The notes below the pieces were generated by a model. It ran no database searches. It was given only the letters and a program-made list of their open reading frames with translations, and was not told where the DNA came from. DNA of 63,998 nt, the filler included, from Jimgerdemannia flammicorona (taxonomy: Eukaryota), in NCBI GenBank assembly GCA_003990765.1. It is 3 parts of 3 records of this genome, joined end to end, with 100 filler letters (N's around TTAATTAATTAA, not from the genome) between each part and the next. Parts side by side here need not be neighbours in the genome. Positions count along the whole stretch, not along the records: positions 42,915 to 63,998 come from RBNJ01001539.1; 2 more parts are not named here. One strand, written 5' to 3'. A program made the translations under genes and the position numbers. Positions 48,938 to 63,134 of the stretch are shown here, one piece after another (the first letter of the stretch is position 1; every line of letters begins with the position of its first letter).

Positions 48938-51225
48938 TCACCACATAAACCTCTGCACCTTCCCCAGCTCCGTCTCCCACTCAAACCCCTTCCACAAGAA
49001 CATGTACACCGTCCATGCGTTCACGGCCGCGTATGCCGCACACATCGCCACGAGTCTCCCCTTGCCTGGTACAGGCACGTGCACCATGTACATCAGAAAA
49101 GGTAGAATAAAGTACCGGAACTCGAGGAGCGGGGACGGGACTAGTGTCAGCGTCACGGCCGCTAGGTAGGCGAGGAGGTCGAGGAGAGGTAAGGTTGTGG
49201 CTGAACAAAGGGAGGACGGAGGGAGGTTTAGGTGGGGTCATAAAAATATCAGTGTTGAAACTAGCGAAGGGAAGGGAATACTTACTAAGTGGCTGGAGCA
49301 GCGCCCACCCGGCGCCCATGTACGCGGGAACGAGGGCATACCGAGCGAGCGAGTGGCGACGATAGATGTTCTTCCAGACGTAGAAAGTATAATGACGGTT
49401 GTCGCTGAGGAGGAAGGGGTGTTCCATTCTGTGGGAGTTTGGAGATAAAAGTGAGAAAAAATGCCTCGGTGTTTCTTTATAGATGCAGAAAATTGATGTG
49501 AACCTACGTGAATCGGTCGACCAGGAAGAGCATCCCTACCGCCGTGACAATCAGTGTTCCGAGCCTGCGAAAACGTTCGAAGAACGAAATGTTTGAGTTT
49601 CGCGATATCTTCTCAGGCGCACTATTCCCCATCGAACATAATGCAACCTACGTGACACCCACCTCCTAAACCCGCCTGTCACGGGGCCTAGAACCGCGCG
49701 CCTAACGAGATCCATGCTCAGGATGGCCGGTGCGGCAAAGAAGGCGGCGAAGGAGGCGAAGTAGAAGAGTTGTGGGACGTGCAGACCTGCGACGTGATTC
49801 GCGCGGTCACCTGTGTCGGGAGTGTATGTGTATCAGCGCGGATGGGAGGTGCGAAATATATGCGGAAGAAAGGGGTGAGGGAGAGGGGACGAACCAAGCG
49901 CAATTCCGTCGTTCCAGATCACGAATGCGACAAATCCCGCGAGCGTCAGCACGAAGGAGTACAGCTGCTCGAGGAGGTAGGGGAGGTGCTTGAAAGTCAA
50001 GCGGATGAGGCTGGCGATCGATGTGAGAACCTGGCCTGTACATCATGCGATTTGGGAGGGGAAGGGGATAACCGTTAGCATATCGTGTCGACAAGGTTGC
50101 TCAAAGTTGGGAAGGATAGGATTATACCAATGGACGCGACTTCGGCAACGAGCGGGTTGTATAGCCTCGCTTCGTCGTCCTTAGCGTCGTCCTCTGATTC
50201 GGACTTCTTGGGCTGGAGGACTTTGAGGTCCGTGGAGAGGATCCGCACGAGCGAGATGCCAAGGAGGAAACAAACCCAAACGATGTTCGTCTGGCGGAAG
50301 GTAACCGAGATGGCAGAAATCTGATGATAGTTTGACTGGTGAGTGAATGTTCGCGAATCAAGAACAAGAAATGAATATTTAAAAATACGCACTATCCCAC
50401 TCCACATATACCTCCCGTCCCTGGCACACAGGTATGCCCACAGGACGAAGAGCGTGGATCCGGAATCCGTATAATACAGAAAGTTATAAAAGTATGCCAC
50501 AGGAAACATTACGAGCGCCAAGGCCGCCAGGGCCAACTGGTCGTCAGCGACTCCCCGTCGTGCATGAACGCTGGCCAGCAGACGCGCCAGGATGAGATAG
50601 GTGATGATACTGAATATGCGATTGATGGCGCGGAGGAAGGAGGGCGTGCAGATAAAGGCGGATGTAAAAAGACCCACGGGCGTGATGAAGAGGTCGCTGA
50701 TGGCGTAGCTTTGGGGTCTGATGAGTTAAGGATGTAGAAGGGAAGAGGTGGACGGGAGAGCAGGATGGGTTTGGTGGGGAAGGATACAGGCCAGGTGGGG
50801 TCGTGATTTTGGGATTCCAGACGGAATATTTTTGGACGCAGTAGTATTGGGCTTGAGGAATGTGGAAGACCTCGTCCTACCCAATGTGGGAATGGGTTGA
50901 GAGGATTATCAACATCAAGGAGAAGCGGCGGTGAAAGGATCGAGCCACTTGTACATACCATGTACGGATCTGGCACCACCGCATTCACCCAGCCGGACAC
51001 GGCGGCCAGAATGCCAACGTGGACAAACAAGAGCACCAAGGACGTTTCTCCCGAGGCCTCTTGTTTGGTGGGTTCCGCGGATGTCGCCTGAGGCTCCGTC
51101 GCGGGTTCGGTCGCGGGCTCGCCCTCCTTGTCGCTCACGTACTCGTCACTCTCTTCTGCAATGTTTGGGTCGTTCTCAACGATGGTGGGACGGGTGGTGG
51201 TGTCGAACTCGAACTCGTCTACCAT
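48938..51225 (-). CDS. ALG10: Dol-P-Glc:Glc2Man9GlcNAc2-PP-Dol alpha-1,2-glucosyltransferase, multi-exon
   Basis: VPDPYM/DEVFHIPQAQ.YC, W.PKITTPPGL, FLYYTD.GST, FRQTNIVW, GDR.NH, HVPQLFYF, HPFLLSDNRHYTFY, PLLEFRYF and terminal QRFMW. Confidence 0.95.
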
Positions 51226-51523
51226 GGTGGCGAAGAAGCGATATCAGGTCGTGGCTTGGAACCTATGTGCGTCCTTTATTCCATTAATTCCTGTGTCATG
51301 TAAGAGGAGACAGGTTACATATTTATATTTGTGCAGAGGTCTTTTTTCGTTTTATTGTAATTATATATGTGGAGTGAAATTATTGCAGATGAAGTGAATA
51401 TAGTACATATCTATCCTACGCGACTGACTCCCAAACCCCTCCGTTTCGCAAATCGAAATGTCTGCTCCCCTCACCGTCCTATCTAATTTCCCCCACCCTC
51501 ATCTTTCCGCCAACCTGTGAGAC

Positions 51524-51884
51524 TCAAGCTAATCCTAGCATCCTCTTCCTCTTCCTTCCGCGAGGCAGTCGGCGCAGAACCACTTGCCCTCCGGCGGTTC
51601 GACAAGGCCGACGCACGCGTAGTGGAACCATTCCTTCTCGCACTGCGTGAGGGTTCGGAATGTCAAAAAACGGAGTACAGATTGCATTTGCCAAAAATCA
51701 CGTCACCAATTCCGATCAAGATAAATTAACTGGCTTACGTTCAGGCCGTCGCATGCCACCATATCTCCAAAGGAAATCTGGTTGCAGAAGCAGTACAGCG
51801 GCTCGTTGGGGTCGATCTCTCCCACGAGGATGATGGCGCTGTCGCCTGGTCTGCAATGCGACAAAAACATACTAATTAGGCCAA

Positions 51885-51921
<37 letters not shown>

Positions 51922-52847
51922 GGCGGGGATCCCTTCTCGGTTGACGTACCGTTTTCGCGTCGGGGATGACTGAGGACTCCGAGAGCGCTTACCTGTTGTA
52001 CAAGTGGGGGAGATCACGGTGATTGTTATTCGTCCGAAACAAGGTTTGGGCTGACGATCTGTCAGTAAAATCAAAAAAAAACTTACGTGTGACTGATATG
52101 GGCGTCGATTCTTCGATCAGGGCTGGTGATAAATGCATCATTGAGTCAATTTTTTCTTCCTCGTGATCTATGTGACCCCGGAAAGTCACCTATACGCATA
52201 GTCAATACCCACCAGTGTTCTCCTGTTCGACGGAGACCAGGCTGAACCCGTGCTTCTCGGCTTGTTCGTCAATACGTTCGATGTGCCTCGACAGCAGGTC
52301 GTGCATGCGCATGGCGAGATCAATCTTCTGGTCCTGCTTCTTCATGGCGTTCTTGTACTCCTTCTAGATTATTCCATAGATAGGAGGAGGTGGGGATCGA
52401 TGGGTATTCGACGCACAAAGTCAAAGAGAAAACGACAAATGGTTTACCTCGACCTGGAGCCTGTTCTGAATCTGAGAGGTCGAGAAGAGGTCAGCGCCTT
52501 GGCGTGCGCGCTTGTTATAGGATTTCTTGAGCCTGCTGTATTTGTACAGCAACCCTGTATTGCACGAGCATGTTTTTGGAAGGTATGTACCAGTCAGTCA
52601 ATTTTCCGTGCCCATGACAATAATAGATAAAAGCGGCATACTTTGATAGTCGTCGTCCATGGCACGAAGCTCGCCCATGTTCTGCTGTATTTCGGAGGGA
52701 AGGTTTTCCAATGCTAGTAGTTCACGATGACGGCAGAGCGGTGAGGTGGATGAATCATTCAATAAGGAATGGCATGGTAATAATCATCTGCTTACTTTCC
52801 AGATATTCGTCATAGACATCGCTGATTGTGACGGGGATAGTGTCCAT
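51524..52847 (-). CDS. ING-family chromatin protein (N-terminal ING helices plus PHD finger)
   Basis: [50 protein letters not shown] and [20 protein letters not shown]; seven GT-AG introns, one apparently only 45 nt. Confidence 0.92.
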
Positions 52848-53711
52848 CGGAGGTTGAGGAAATTGAGAGGGAAAAAAAGAGGGGTGGATGGAAACGGACA
52901 ATTTAAATTGACGATCAGGCCACGTGAGCGGGGTTGTCAATCCTAAGTACATTGACAGGTGTGGCGATTCCTAAGCAAACGCATGCCGTTTCCCCTTTGC
53001 CTGCTTTAGTTAATTGAGTCTATGGCATAGCATGACATCTACTCCCACCGCCCGATAATTCGTGACTGACGTTGGTTAATGGTCTCGGCTATTAATGGCT
53101 AACGTACACGTGACATAACACGTCAACATTCGTTGCGTAAGGGTGACTATACTATGCGAGCCTTCTTTTCTCCTCACGTTGCCAACCATTCTAACCACCT
53201 ACAACTCTTCCTCTCCTATAAACCCATCCACAGAAATTATTTTTTGACATACCTTGCCGCAAATGTGTGACCTCCACCTGAACAGCCTGTCTTCGCTATC
53301 TTTATCTCTATTAGTCATAGTCTAGTCAAAGAGATAAGTAGGCTTGGTATTTTTTCACATGTTACCTTTCAGCAGTTTTACAAGTCTTGTTTATTGCGCC
53401 TTTGATTCTGACTATATGAAGCTCAAAGTTTCTAAACTTAAAGCAAAATACAAAGAGCTTCATCTACTAAGAGTAGTATAAAAAAGATATTAATTGAAGT
53501 TTTATAAGAAAATATTATAACTTCAGAACAGAGTGAGTTGGATATAGCCAGGGCTTTCAACAAGGCTTTAATATAATATATATTGAAAATTATTATTATT
53601 TTGATTTTTTGATATATATAGTATTATTAATTTGATTAATAGTATATAACTTAGAAATTTATATATTACTTTATATTTTTAATTATATATTATAATATAG
53701 TAAATGTATAC

Positions 53712-54073
53712 TGATAGAACTGCAGCAGATTTCTTTATCTTGAATACTTAATCTTCTTTGACTCCTCAGAGTTCTCAGGTGCAGAAGTGGTCAAGTTTGA
53801 AGTATATATATATTTACTTACAGACTTATTAGTTTTTTGTCTCTTTGTTTATTCACTCAAGATATTAGAGATATTTATACAAGTTTACTAACTATATAGC
53901 AGCTAAGTTAGCTCTTTTTTTTCTATAAGTCATTTTTTATAGTTGAGAGATTAGTATATCTATAAAATCTGTACAGATGAGATATCATTATATTTAAGAT
54001 ATTTATATAGCTATACTTTTTATATAATTATATAAATTATACAATTGAGAGATCAAGTTACTGCTAAACTATA
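53712..54073 (-). mobile_element. Solo LTR related to the Gypsy family-2 LTR
   Basis: Reverse complement resembles 36075-36420; ATAC on both sides (53708-53711, 54074-54077). Confidence 0.65.
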
Positions 54074-54342
54074 ATACTATACTATATTAAGAATCAGATT
54101 TAAGTACTATAATCAAATGTCTATTTTCTAATTATTGTTTTTAATTTGAATTAACTATCATAACTTTCTTCTAAATAAGTAATTTTATTTCTAAATTATC
54201 TTATTCAACTTCTATACTTTGATCAATTGTATGTTCTTATACTATATAATCTGCTTAATTATATTCTCCTAATAATGTCTCTTTATTTATCTGAAATCTC
54301 CTAAGACTACTTCTCAGAAATAAGTCAGGACTTACTTGTTAT

Positions 54343-56812
54343 TATAATAATTTCACAGTCATATTTAGTCTTAATATATTTTTGCATCTTTTAGTTAGTC
54401 TTTTCTTGTCATTTCTTAAATATTCTACTATGTTCTGCTACTCTTTACTTACTTAGAAACCTTCTCTTAGTGCTCAGACACTACTAGAACATTCTTGTCT
54501 TTCCTTAGTACCAAGTATCTTGTCTTAGCTAGTTATGGAATCTTTTAGAATATTGTAGAATAGTATTAGTCAGCTTTGCCAAAAACCTATTTCTTGGTAT
54601 TTCTCTTTCTTTCCAAAATCCTTCCAGATCTTTCTTTCAGATTATATATAAATATTCTTATTCTCTGCCTAAATAAAGTGAAGAATATTTTCTCTCAGAA
54701 ATTCTTCAAGAATACTTGAATCTTTAAGTATCTCTTCAAGCTACTTTAGACTAACTAAAACTTCTAGATTTAGCTACTTTCTCTTAAAGAAACTAGAACT
54801 ATTATACTTGATAGCAGTAGTGTTATTACATCTTGCCTTATTAAGTAACCTCATATGAATTTGGAAACCAGTCACAAATAGTTACATATATGAATCTGAA
54901 ATAAGCTGTGAAGAGTCAGTCTACCAGCCAGACCCCTCTGCTATAGAAGAAGTAAGAAGATTGCAGTTCAACATAAAGGATATACATAATTAATGCTATG
55001 GCCTACCAAATCCAAGAACTTTAAGCACAACTAGAACAATAGAAAATAACTAGTTAGTTTCAAGCTACTCAAGCTAGATACCTTTGACAACTATTGAGGA
55101 GGGCTATCTATAGATATATGGACCTTTCAGTTGGACTAATACTTCAAGTTCACAAGGATGGAAGAAGACATGCAAGTCCAATTTGCTACCATACTTCTCT
55201 GAGGAAATTCAGCCATCTAGTGGTACAATCATATCATGGTTATCTCTGTATACTCATATATATAAATCAGAGACTGGGAAGCCTTCAAGAGGACCCTTTA
55301 TAAGCAGTTCAAGCCTGCTAATACTACCAAACTAGCCAGAGATAAGCTAGTAAACATCAAGTAACTCAAGTCTATGCAAAGTTATAATATACAAATCTTA
55401 TTAATTCTACTTGAGCTATTAGTGATATCTAAGAACAAAAAGATAGACTGCTATATCTGAGGTCTAAAGAGAAATACATGAGTCAAGGTTAAGCTAGAAG
55501 AGCTCAAAAATCTTAATAAAGCTATGAGAATTGTCAATAGGTTTGATGTCATCACTTTTGGTAATTGCTTTGAACCAGAATACTACAAGAAGAACCACTT
55601 TGAGAACCACCACAAGAACCAACCAAGGACAGTTGGCCTGGTACCAATAGATCTAGACACTATGAATAAAAAGAACACCAAGCTTACTCCTGAAGAAAAG
55701 AACTATCTGAAGCAATCTAGAGCTTATTTTTTCTATCACCAAATAGGATACATTGTAACCAAATATCCTAAGAAGACTAGTGAACCCTCAAGATCAGTCA
55801 CTGTATTGTCCAAAGATACATCTGTTAACCCCACTATTAGTCAATCTGAGCTCAAGATCAAGAAGCTTCATCTGAGAGCCCAGACCCCTCAATATTAAAC
55901 AGAAGAAGCTATTGGTCTTAACCTACACTCTGTCAAATAAGTTATCATTCCAGCCAAGAGCCAAACTTTAGTGTCTACTGGAATTGTAGTTCAATGTTCT
56001 AAAGGACATTATACTAGAATTGCACTACAATTAGAACTCAGTATTAAAAATCATTTGGATATAGATACTAGTATTATTGACCCAGACTTTTGAGGACAAA
56101 TTTAAGTTCTACTTATCAACCAGAAGGATCAAGACTATACAGTCAAGAAAGGAGACCAAGTTGCACAAATGATTCTAGAAAAAGCCAGTTAACTCAATAT
56201 TACAGAAGTCTAAGAACTCTCTGAGACTAAATAAGATTAAAAAGATTTTGGCAATACTGATCAAGCAGTAAGTCTTAGTGAAAATCAAGCTCAAGCTATG
56301 CTCATTTTCAAAGGCCTAGTTAAAGGAAAAGAAGTTCAAGTACTTATAGACAGTGAAGTTGCAGAGAACTTCATCAATCAGAATCTCATCAAAAGTCTCA
56401 AGATCTTTATCAAGCCTATACCTAAGAATAATAGTATAGTTACTGCAGATAGTACTCTGTACCCCATTGAGTCAATTACTACCAAACTACCCATCAAGAT
56501 TCAGAAATATTAGGAATAAGTAGACTTCAAGGTTGTATCACTAAGAGATTATGACCTGATCTTAGGAAAACCCTGGCTTATGAAATATAACCCAGACATC
56601 AATTGGTGTAAGAATAAAGTCACTCTACTTTAAAATAGAATTAATATCACTATCAAGATAGACAAGACCATGAGCAAGACCCAGATTGCAATACTGTCAG
56701 CTATACAATATAAGAGAGTACTTAAGAAGATAATGTATACCTTTATTATAATGGTCTGTCCCAAGAAATAAGACAAGAGACTATTAGTCAATAAAAGTAT
56801 CAAGTTACTGCT
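54343..56812 (+). mobile_element. Gypsy family-1 5' half (LTR-gag-dUTPase-PR), truncated
   Basis: LTR 54343-54806 matches the reverse complement of 28384-28847; gag, dUTPase (about 55850-56265) and protease are homologous to 31970-33480. Confidence 0.9.
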
Positions 56813-56874
56813 ATGGTACATATATAGTACCTTAAACTGACACTTTTGAAGATTGTTTTCTAACTACTAAGACT

Positions 56875-59800
56875 ACTTTTCTCTGCTACAATTTACATTA
56901 CACACATTTTTACATCATACTTTCAAGTTGTTTATTGGAGAAAGATATTAAGGCAATGTCAACCAGCAAGCGAGCTGATATAAGTACTAGGTCAGACAGA
57001 CCTGGGGCCTTCAACTAGCAATATATTGGGAGAGGATATGAGCTTAGAATAGAGTCCTTCAGTGGCCCAAGTGGGCAGGACAGCTTGGGCAGTAGAGGCA
57101 GTACTGGTGGGGGGGCTGGAGGGCAGCAGAGAAGGAGCTTTGCAGACATGCTGAGGACTGAAGGTTGGCCAATAGGAGCTCACAGTGGACAGGTAGGAGG
57201 GAAGAGGAAGCAGAAGGTTGGAGATGCTGAGGGTGCTGGGACTTTACTAGTGGGAAGTAGAGGAAGTGGAGTAGCTGCTGGGAGTAGTGGCAGAACTGCT
57301 GATGGTAGCATAACTGAGAATCTGGAAAAAAATCCAGATGTGACTGTTGATGTAGGGGCTGGGCAGATGGGTCCAAAGAGAAAGGGAGATCTGGCTGATA
57401 GTATAATAGGACTGGCAGTAGCACTATTACTCAAGAAATTGATCTTGGAGTTTGCAGCCACTTTGTACTTCTGGAGCTTAGCAGTGATAGCAAGGATAGT
57501 CCTGGGGCTTATCTTGAAGCAGATGGCTGGAGCCACCTCAGTGAAGTTTCTGAAGGGGCTGGAGGGAGTTGAGGTGGGCTTTGAGGAAGCAGGTATGCTG
57601 GATGAGGCTCTGAAGGCTGGAGTGATAATTGGAAAGGTAGTGGTCCCTATGGTACATTGCCTGAGATGGAACCCCAGGGTAGTGTAACTGCTGGTAAAGA
57701 GAGTGCCTATAGTGACAGTGGTCAAGATAAGGAGGAGAGTTGAGGAGATGATGGCTGAGTATAGCAATGTGGTGGATATTGGTTTCCAGATTTATGAGGG
57801 GACTATCATCAGGACTGGGGATGTTGATATCAGGATTCAACTGGTGAGGAAAGAGGCTACTGGGAAGATGAGTGACTGGTTGGTGTTGATACTTTCGAGG
57901 GCTTTCAGCTGTCAAGTGTCAAGGGTGAAAGGAAGTGAGGAGGAGGAGGAGGATCTACTGGAGGTACTGGAAGAGATGAGTGGGGCTGTTAAGTGGAGGG
58001 CAAAGGCCTGAAAGAAATATATAGAGTCAACACACTTGGAGATTGTGGAGGGGAAGTATATCTGCACTGACAAGAGGTAGCGGGAGTGGGCACAGAGTGT
58101 AAGAGGCAGAGAGAGCTTTTGACAAATATGATAGAAGGGGCAAAGAAGAAGTTGGATAGGACTGAGGAGTCTGGAGGTATTGAAGCCAACATCTGGACTA
58201 GTAAAGGAGGAGGGGCAGTGGAGGTGAACAAGAAAGGGGCTGGGAAGGTGCTGGGTAAGGATCTCTATACAGATGATATGTTCGAAGTCTGGGAGCAGAA
58301 TTTGGAGAGCACCTCTCCTCCATTTATCAGGAGGGGCCCAGTTGGGAAGAGAGGGACAGTAGTGGATATGCTGATGCAGGGGGCCTAGCAAGTTCACTTT
58401 GGGGTCCCAGATATGGCAAAAGGGGGCCAGGTAGTGGCAGTTGGCAAGGACAAGCTAGTGGATATCCCAGAGGAGGAGTGGGATGAGACTGCCAGTGTAG
58501 GAGCTGATACCACGATGCTGAATGCAGGGTGGTCAGGGACTCCTGGAGAGAAGGAGGTAGGGAACCTGCTGTGGATGAGTAAGGTGATAGATAACCTCAT
58601 GGCTGAGGAGTTGGGAGAAGTGGACCTGTGTGTGATGCCTGAGGAGCATTGGACACAAATTCTGCATGGAGATGGGATGGTGGAGGCACTGAAGGTGGAG
58701 ATTCTTAAAATTTTCCTGGAGGAGGAGGGATATGAGGTTGATAAGGTGAGAGAGGCAGAGCTGGCAGTTGTTGATGGTGAGTGAGCTGCCTACTGTTGGG
58801 CAGAGCATCATAGTTTGTAGCTTTGGCAGGAGGCCTGTCTGGAGTATCATGAGGACTTTGAGGAGAAAGAGGATGGGGCAATGGCTGAACTTCTGGGGGG
58901 ATTGGAGGCACAAGAAGCTGGAGAGAAGAAACTAGCTGCAGAATATGACTTAGACTTGGTGCAGGAGAACTTGAATGTGGATTTGTAGTGAATGAGATTG
59001 ATAAATAACAGTATTTCTTATGAACAGTATAACTAATATTTTCTCTCTAAATGTGAATGGGTTATGGAGATCTGGGTAGCATAAGAATATTTTTACTTAG
59101 CTCAAGAGATTGGAGGCTGATCTCTTTTTACTGCAGGATGTACAGTGTGAGAATAAGGATAATTTAGTGGAGTGGACTAGGGAATGGGGTAGGGCTACTG
59201 CTTGGTTTGGCAAAGTGGTGATTCTAGTGAAGAAGGGTAGAGGAGACTTGGGGGGAATCAGAACCTGAGGTGATCACTTGGTCTGGAGATAATGGCATCA
59301 GCCAGAGTGGGAATCAGTGAGGGTTGGCTCTTGCTACTACCCTGCAGTTAGGGGTGAGAGAATTGTATGGATTAAGGAGCTGCTGAAGGAGGGTATTCTC
59401 TTAGAGAAAGGAGTCAATGTTCTTGGTGGTGATTTTAATATGATTCAAGATCTATGACTAGATAGAACTGATAGAGAGAGAAATGTAGGTGGGAGAAGTG
59501 GTGGTCTGGATACATGGGAGAAGGTGAAGAATCTTAGCTCCTTAGAAGATATGAGCAGAACACAGTGGGGCAACACCAGGGTTTACACACATTGGGTGAA
59601 TGGCTTAGGCACAAGGATTGACTGAATTCTGATGGCCAAATATTAGAGTACTGATGTCTGGAAAACTTTGGAGATGGTATGGTGCCCATAGTCTGATCAC
59701 TGGAGACTGTTAGGGCAGGAGCAGTTTGGGGAGAGTGGAGATGGACCTGGATATTGATGCCTTAACTTCTCCCTGCTGGCTGAGAAGAGGTTGTGAGACT

Positions 59801-62800
59801 CATGAGTGGAGGACATCCAGACAAAGATTCCTATCTGGAGGCATGAGGGTCTGTCTGTGGGTGTCCATTAGATGAGGTTGAAAGAGGCTGTGAGGACCTA
59901 TTGGAGAGGAGCTGGTAGAGAGGCTGGAAGACAGAGGAGGAAGTGCATAAGGTGTGCTTCAAATAGGCTGATGAGATTGCAGATGAAATGAGCTGATTTG
60001 CTTATTTCTGATGAGGTGGAGGATTGGAGGTTAGAGCAGGTAAAATTAGAGATAGTGGAACTGCAACAGATATTGAGAAAGAAGGAGGAGACTCATATGC
60101 AAGAAATGGCTACTAGACTATGGTAGCAGGGGCTTGAGGAGGGAGAGTGATCTACTAGGTACTTGTCTAAGCTCCTCAAAGCTAGGAGGGTGTGATATTG
60201 GTGGGATAAGGTCTTTGATGCTGAGGGAAATATGGTGCATAGTATGTAACAGATCTTGGGGGTCTTAAAGAAGTGATGGTAGGGTCTGTGGAGTGAGAAA
60301 GAAGGGGATGCTGATGAAGAGGTGATTGGAGACACCCTGGAGGAGTAGGTGCTGCCATAGGTAGAGAGACTAGGTGACTTGATCTTACTGGTCCAAGAGG
60401 AGAAGATCCAGAGGGTCCTTACAGCAACTAAGCTTGAGACAGTACCAGGGGAGGATGGGTTATCTTGGGACTTCTGGAAAAAGATGGTGAAGGTCCCTAG
60501 AGTATTAGGGGAGTTGCTCTTTATAACTATGTTCTTCTGTATGGTAAGTGGGTTGGTGAGCAGGACTTGGAGTTGGTGGCCCTATTGTACAAAAACAAGG
60601 GCAGGCAAGAGGACTAGAAGAATTAGAGGCCAATCATGCTTCTGGATATGGACTAGAAATTGGTGACTAAAGTGATTGTTGCAAGGCTGCAGAAGGTTGC
60701 TCAACAGGTACTGGGTGAGGAGCAGCAGGGTTTTGTAGGAGGTAGACTTATCAGAGATAGGACTGCTTGGGTACATAGTATCATTGAAGGGGCTTGGACT
60801 TGTAGGCTGGATGGTAGACTGGTCTTTTTGAACCAGGAAAAGGCCTATGACCATATTTAGTAGGTATGGCTGGGCAAGGTACTGGATAGAATTGGGGTCC
60901 CACCATAGTTTCAGGCCTCTATATTGATGTTGTTGGAGGGTAGTAGGGTGGCACTGATGTGTAATAGTCACAGGGGTTTGGTTGGGGAGAGGAGTTCTTC
61001 AAGGAGACCCACTGTCTTCTATACTTTATACCCTTTCACTAGAACCTTTAATGGATAGGATCCATCAGAAGGTGGCTGGGCTCTCTATGTACAGTGTGGT
61101 GTGGAAGATGGGGGCCTTTGTGGATGATATGGTAGTTGAACTTGGATCAGTGGCAGATGTAGGGGCACTTACAGAAATAGTGGAATAGTATGAGACACAC
61201 TCTGGGGCGAAACTCAACTGGCATAAGTGTGAGATGATGGTGTTGGAGAATGGGTTAGTGAGAGGGGATATTATTGGAACAATTGTCCCTACAGGAGAAG
61301 TGGTGCAGTATCTTGGTATCTTCCTTTCTGTATATAGATCAGTCTTGCTATAGGTGTGGTGGAAAAGGAGGGTGGCCATTTGGGGGGAGGCTCTGAGAGG
61401 TTGGGGGGATCATCACATCTCCCTGGTAGAGTAGGTATTGATCCTGAATATTTACTAGTTCCCCAAGCTATAGTATGTGGCATATCACTTAGACTTTCTG
61501 GCCTGGGTGGTAAAGAGACTGACAAAACTAGCTAGGGATTGGATTTGGACAGAAAGAAGGTCCCAGATTAGTTGGAATATCCTTGTGGAGTCAGTGGTTA
61601 GGGGAGGCCTAGGCCTTGTGGATTTCCCTAAACAGCTATACTGCTTATGAGCTTGGTGGTTGAAAAAGACTGTTGAACTATAGAGAGGAGGTTGGGTTCT
61701 GCTGATACAAAAGATGTGGGAGATGAGATTCTCACCCTCAGGAGATTTGCTCTCTCTGGTGGATCTGAATGGAAGCTAATAGCTATGGTATAAGAGCTTC
61801 TGGTGGGGGGTAGTAGAAGGAGCATACAGGATAGGCTTATGCTGGCAAGACAATAAGGGAGAGGAGGCATAGGGCCCTGCTATGTGGCAATGGAACAGAC
61901 TATTGCTAGGGGGGGTTTCACTTGCTGAGTTTGATATTGGGGATGGAGTTGAGTATCAGAAGGGACTTGGCCAGGATCTTTGGCCAAGTAGTTGGCAGGT
62001 AGTGAGGATTGATGAGGAGTGGGACTGGGCAGGAATCTGGTCCTGGAGTGCTGAGGTATGGCGGTGGCTTCCTCCCAAGTTCTGGGTAGTGTGGTGGCAA
62101 ATGCTATAAAGGAATGTTATGTTAAATTTCTATACTGAGTATCTGGTGGATGGTGGCCAATTGGATTGTGAGGAGTATTATAATGTAGAGCAAGCTAGGG
62201 GTTTTGTGCAGATGTCAGAACATTGGCTGGGAGAGTGTGAGTTTTTGGAGGACTTTTGAATAGCTATAGGAGACTGGCTAGGTATAGAAAGGAGGCCAGA
62301 TAGAGAGAGAGGTCACTGGGAGGATTTGAAATCTAGACTAGTAGAAGGTGTCAGCAATGGGTAGCTTACTGTAGGGTGGGTTATTACAGTTTGGGTTAGT
62401 GCTCCCAAATGAGTCGAATCAATTCGAATTGAATCGGATTGAGGGTAAATGAGTCAAATTGAATTGGGGATTTTTCAATTCAAATCACTTCAAATTGAGG
62501 GTCTGATTCAAACCCTAAATTTCAAAATACAATAACTCAGCGTAAACTCATCCTAATCTAATGTACTTTAGCTTGTTAGAATCACATTAATACAGTGAAT
62601 CTAACAAGCTAAAATACGTTAAATTTAGATGAGTTTTTGTCGAGTTATTATATTTTGAAAATTAAGGTTTGAATTAAACTTCAAATCAAATTGGACCTTT
62701 GATTTGATTCGAATCAAATCGAATTGGACCCTTGATTTGATCGAATCGAATCAAGTTTGGGCCAAATTCAATTTGATTTGATTCGTTGAGAGCACTAGTT

Positions 62801-63134
62801 TGGGTAGGGTTGGCTGGATATTGGCTATTTATTTTTAAGAAAAAGTGCTAGATAGAGATGCAAGAGAAGTTAGTGAGGTGAGAGGAGTTGTTGGGAGATC
62901 TACTAACTGGGTGGGTGACATTGCTATCTGGTAGAAGGAATCTGTGAACAGAATAGTGGGTGGGTGGTTATAGTGTTAGATAAAGTAATCTTTCATTGAG
63001 TGAGAGTAGGGAGAAGGGGCTCCCCTAGGGGGATCAGGTAAGAGGGGGGCTCAATATATTTGTATGGGATAGATTGGAGTATTAATAAAGGAAGGAGTCC
63101 AAGAGACTATAAAAAAAAAAAAAAAAAAAAAAAA
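56875..63134 (+). mobile_element. Full-length L1/Tx1-like LINE (ORF1; ORF2 APE-RT), inactivated by stops
   Basis: ORF1 ATG at 56956. ORF2 from about 59020 has SLNVNGL, LLQD, GGDFN, RID, SDH, PGEDG, RPIMLL, QEKAYD, GVLQGDPLS and AFVDD. Ends in GACTAT-poly(A); target duplication TC(T/A)AACTACTAAGACT at 56859-56874 and 63135-63150. Confidence 0.92.
62397..62797. mobile_element. hAT foldback MITE (401 bp) inserted in the LINE
   Basis: TIR TAGTGCTC...GAGCACTA; perfect 8-bp target duplication GTTTGGGT (62389-62396, 62798-62805); pentamer subterminal repeats; nearly palindromic interior. Confidence 0.92.

Noticed and set aside
57059..58913. Many antisense ORFs of 68-195 aa over LINE ORF1, and similar ones over RNR1, ALG10 and the PLE
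   Set aside because: Shadow frames caused by compositional strand bias; no motifs.
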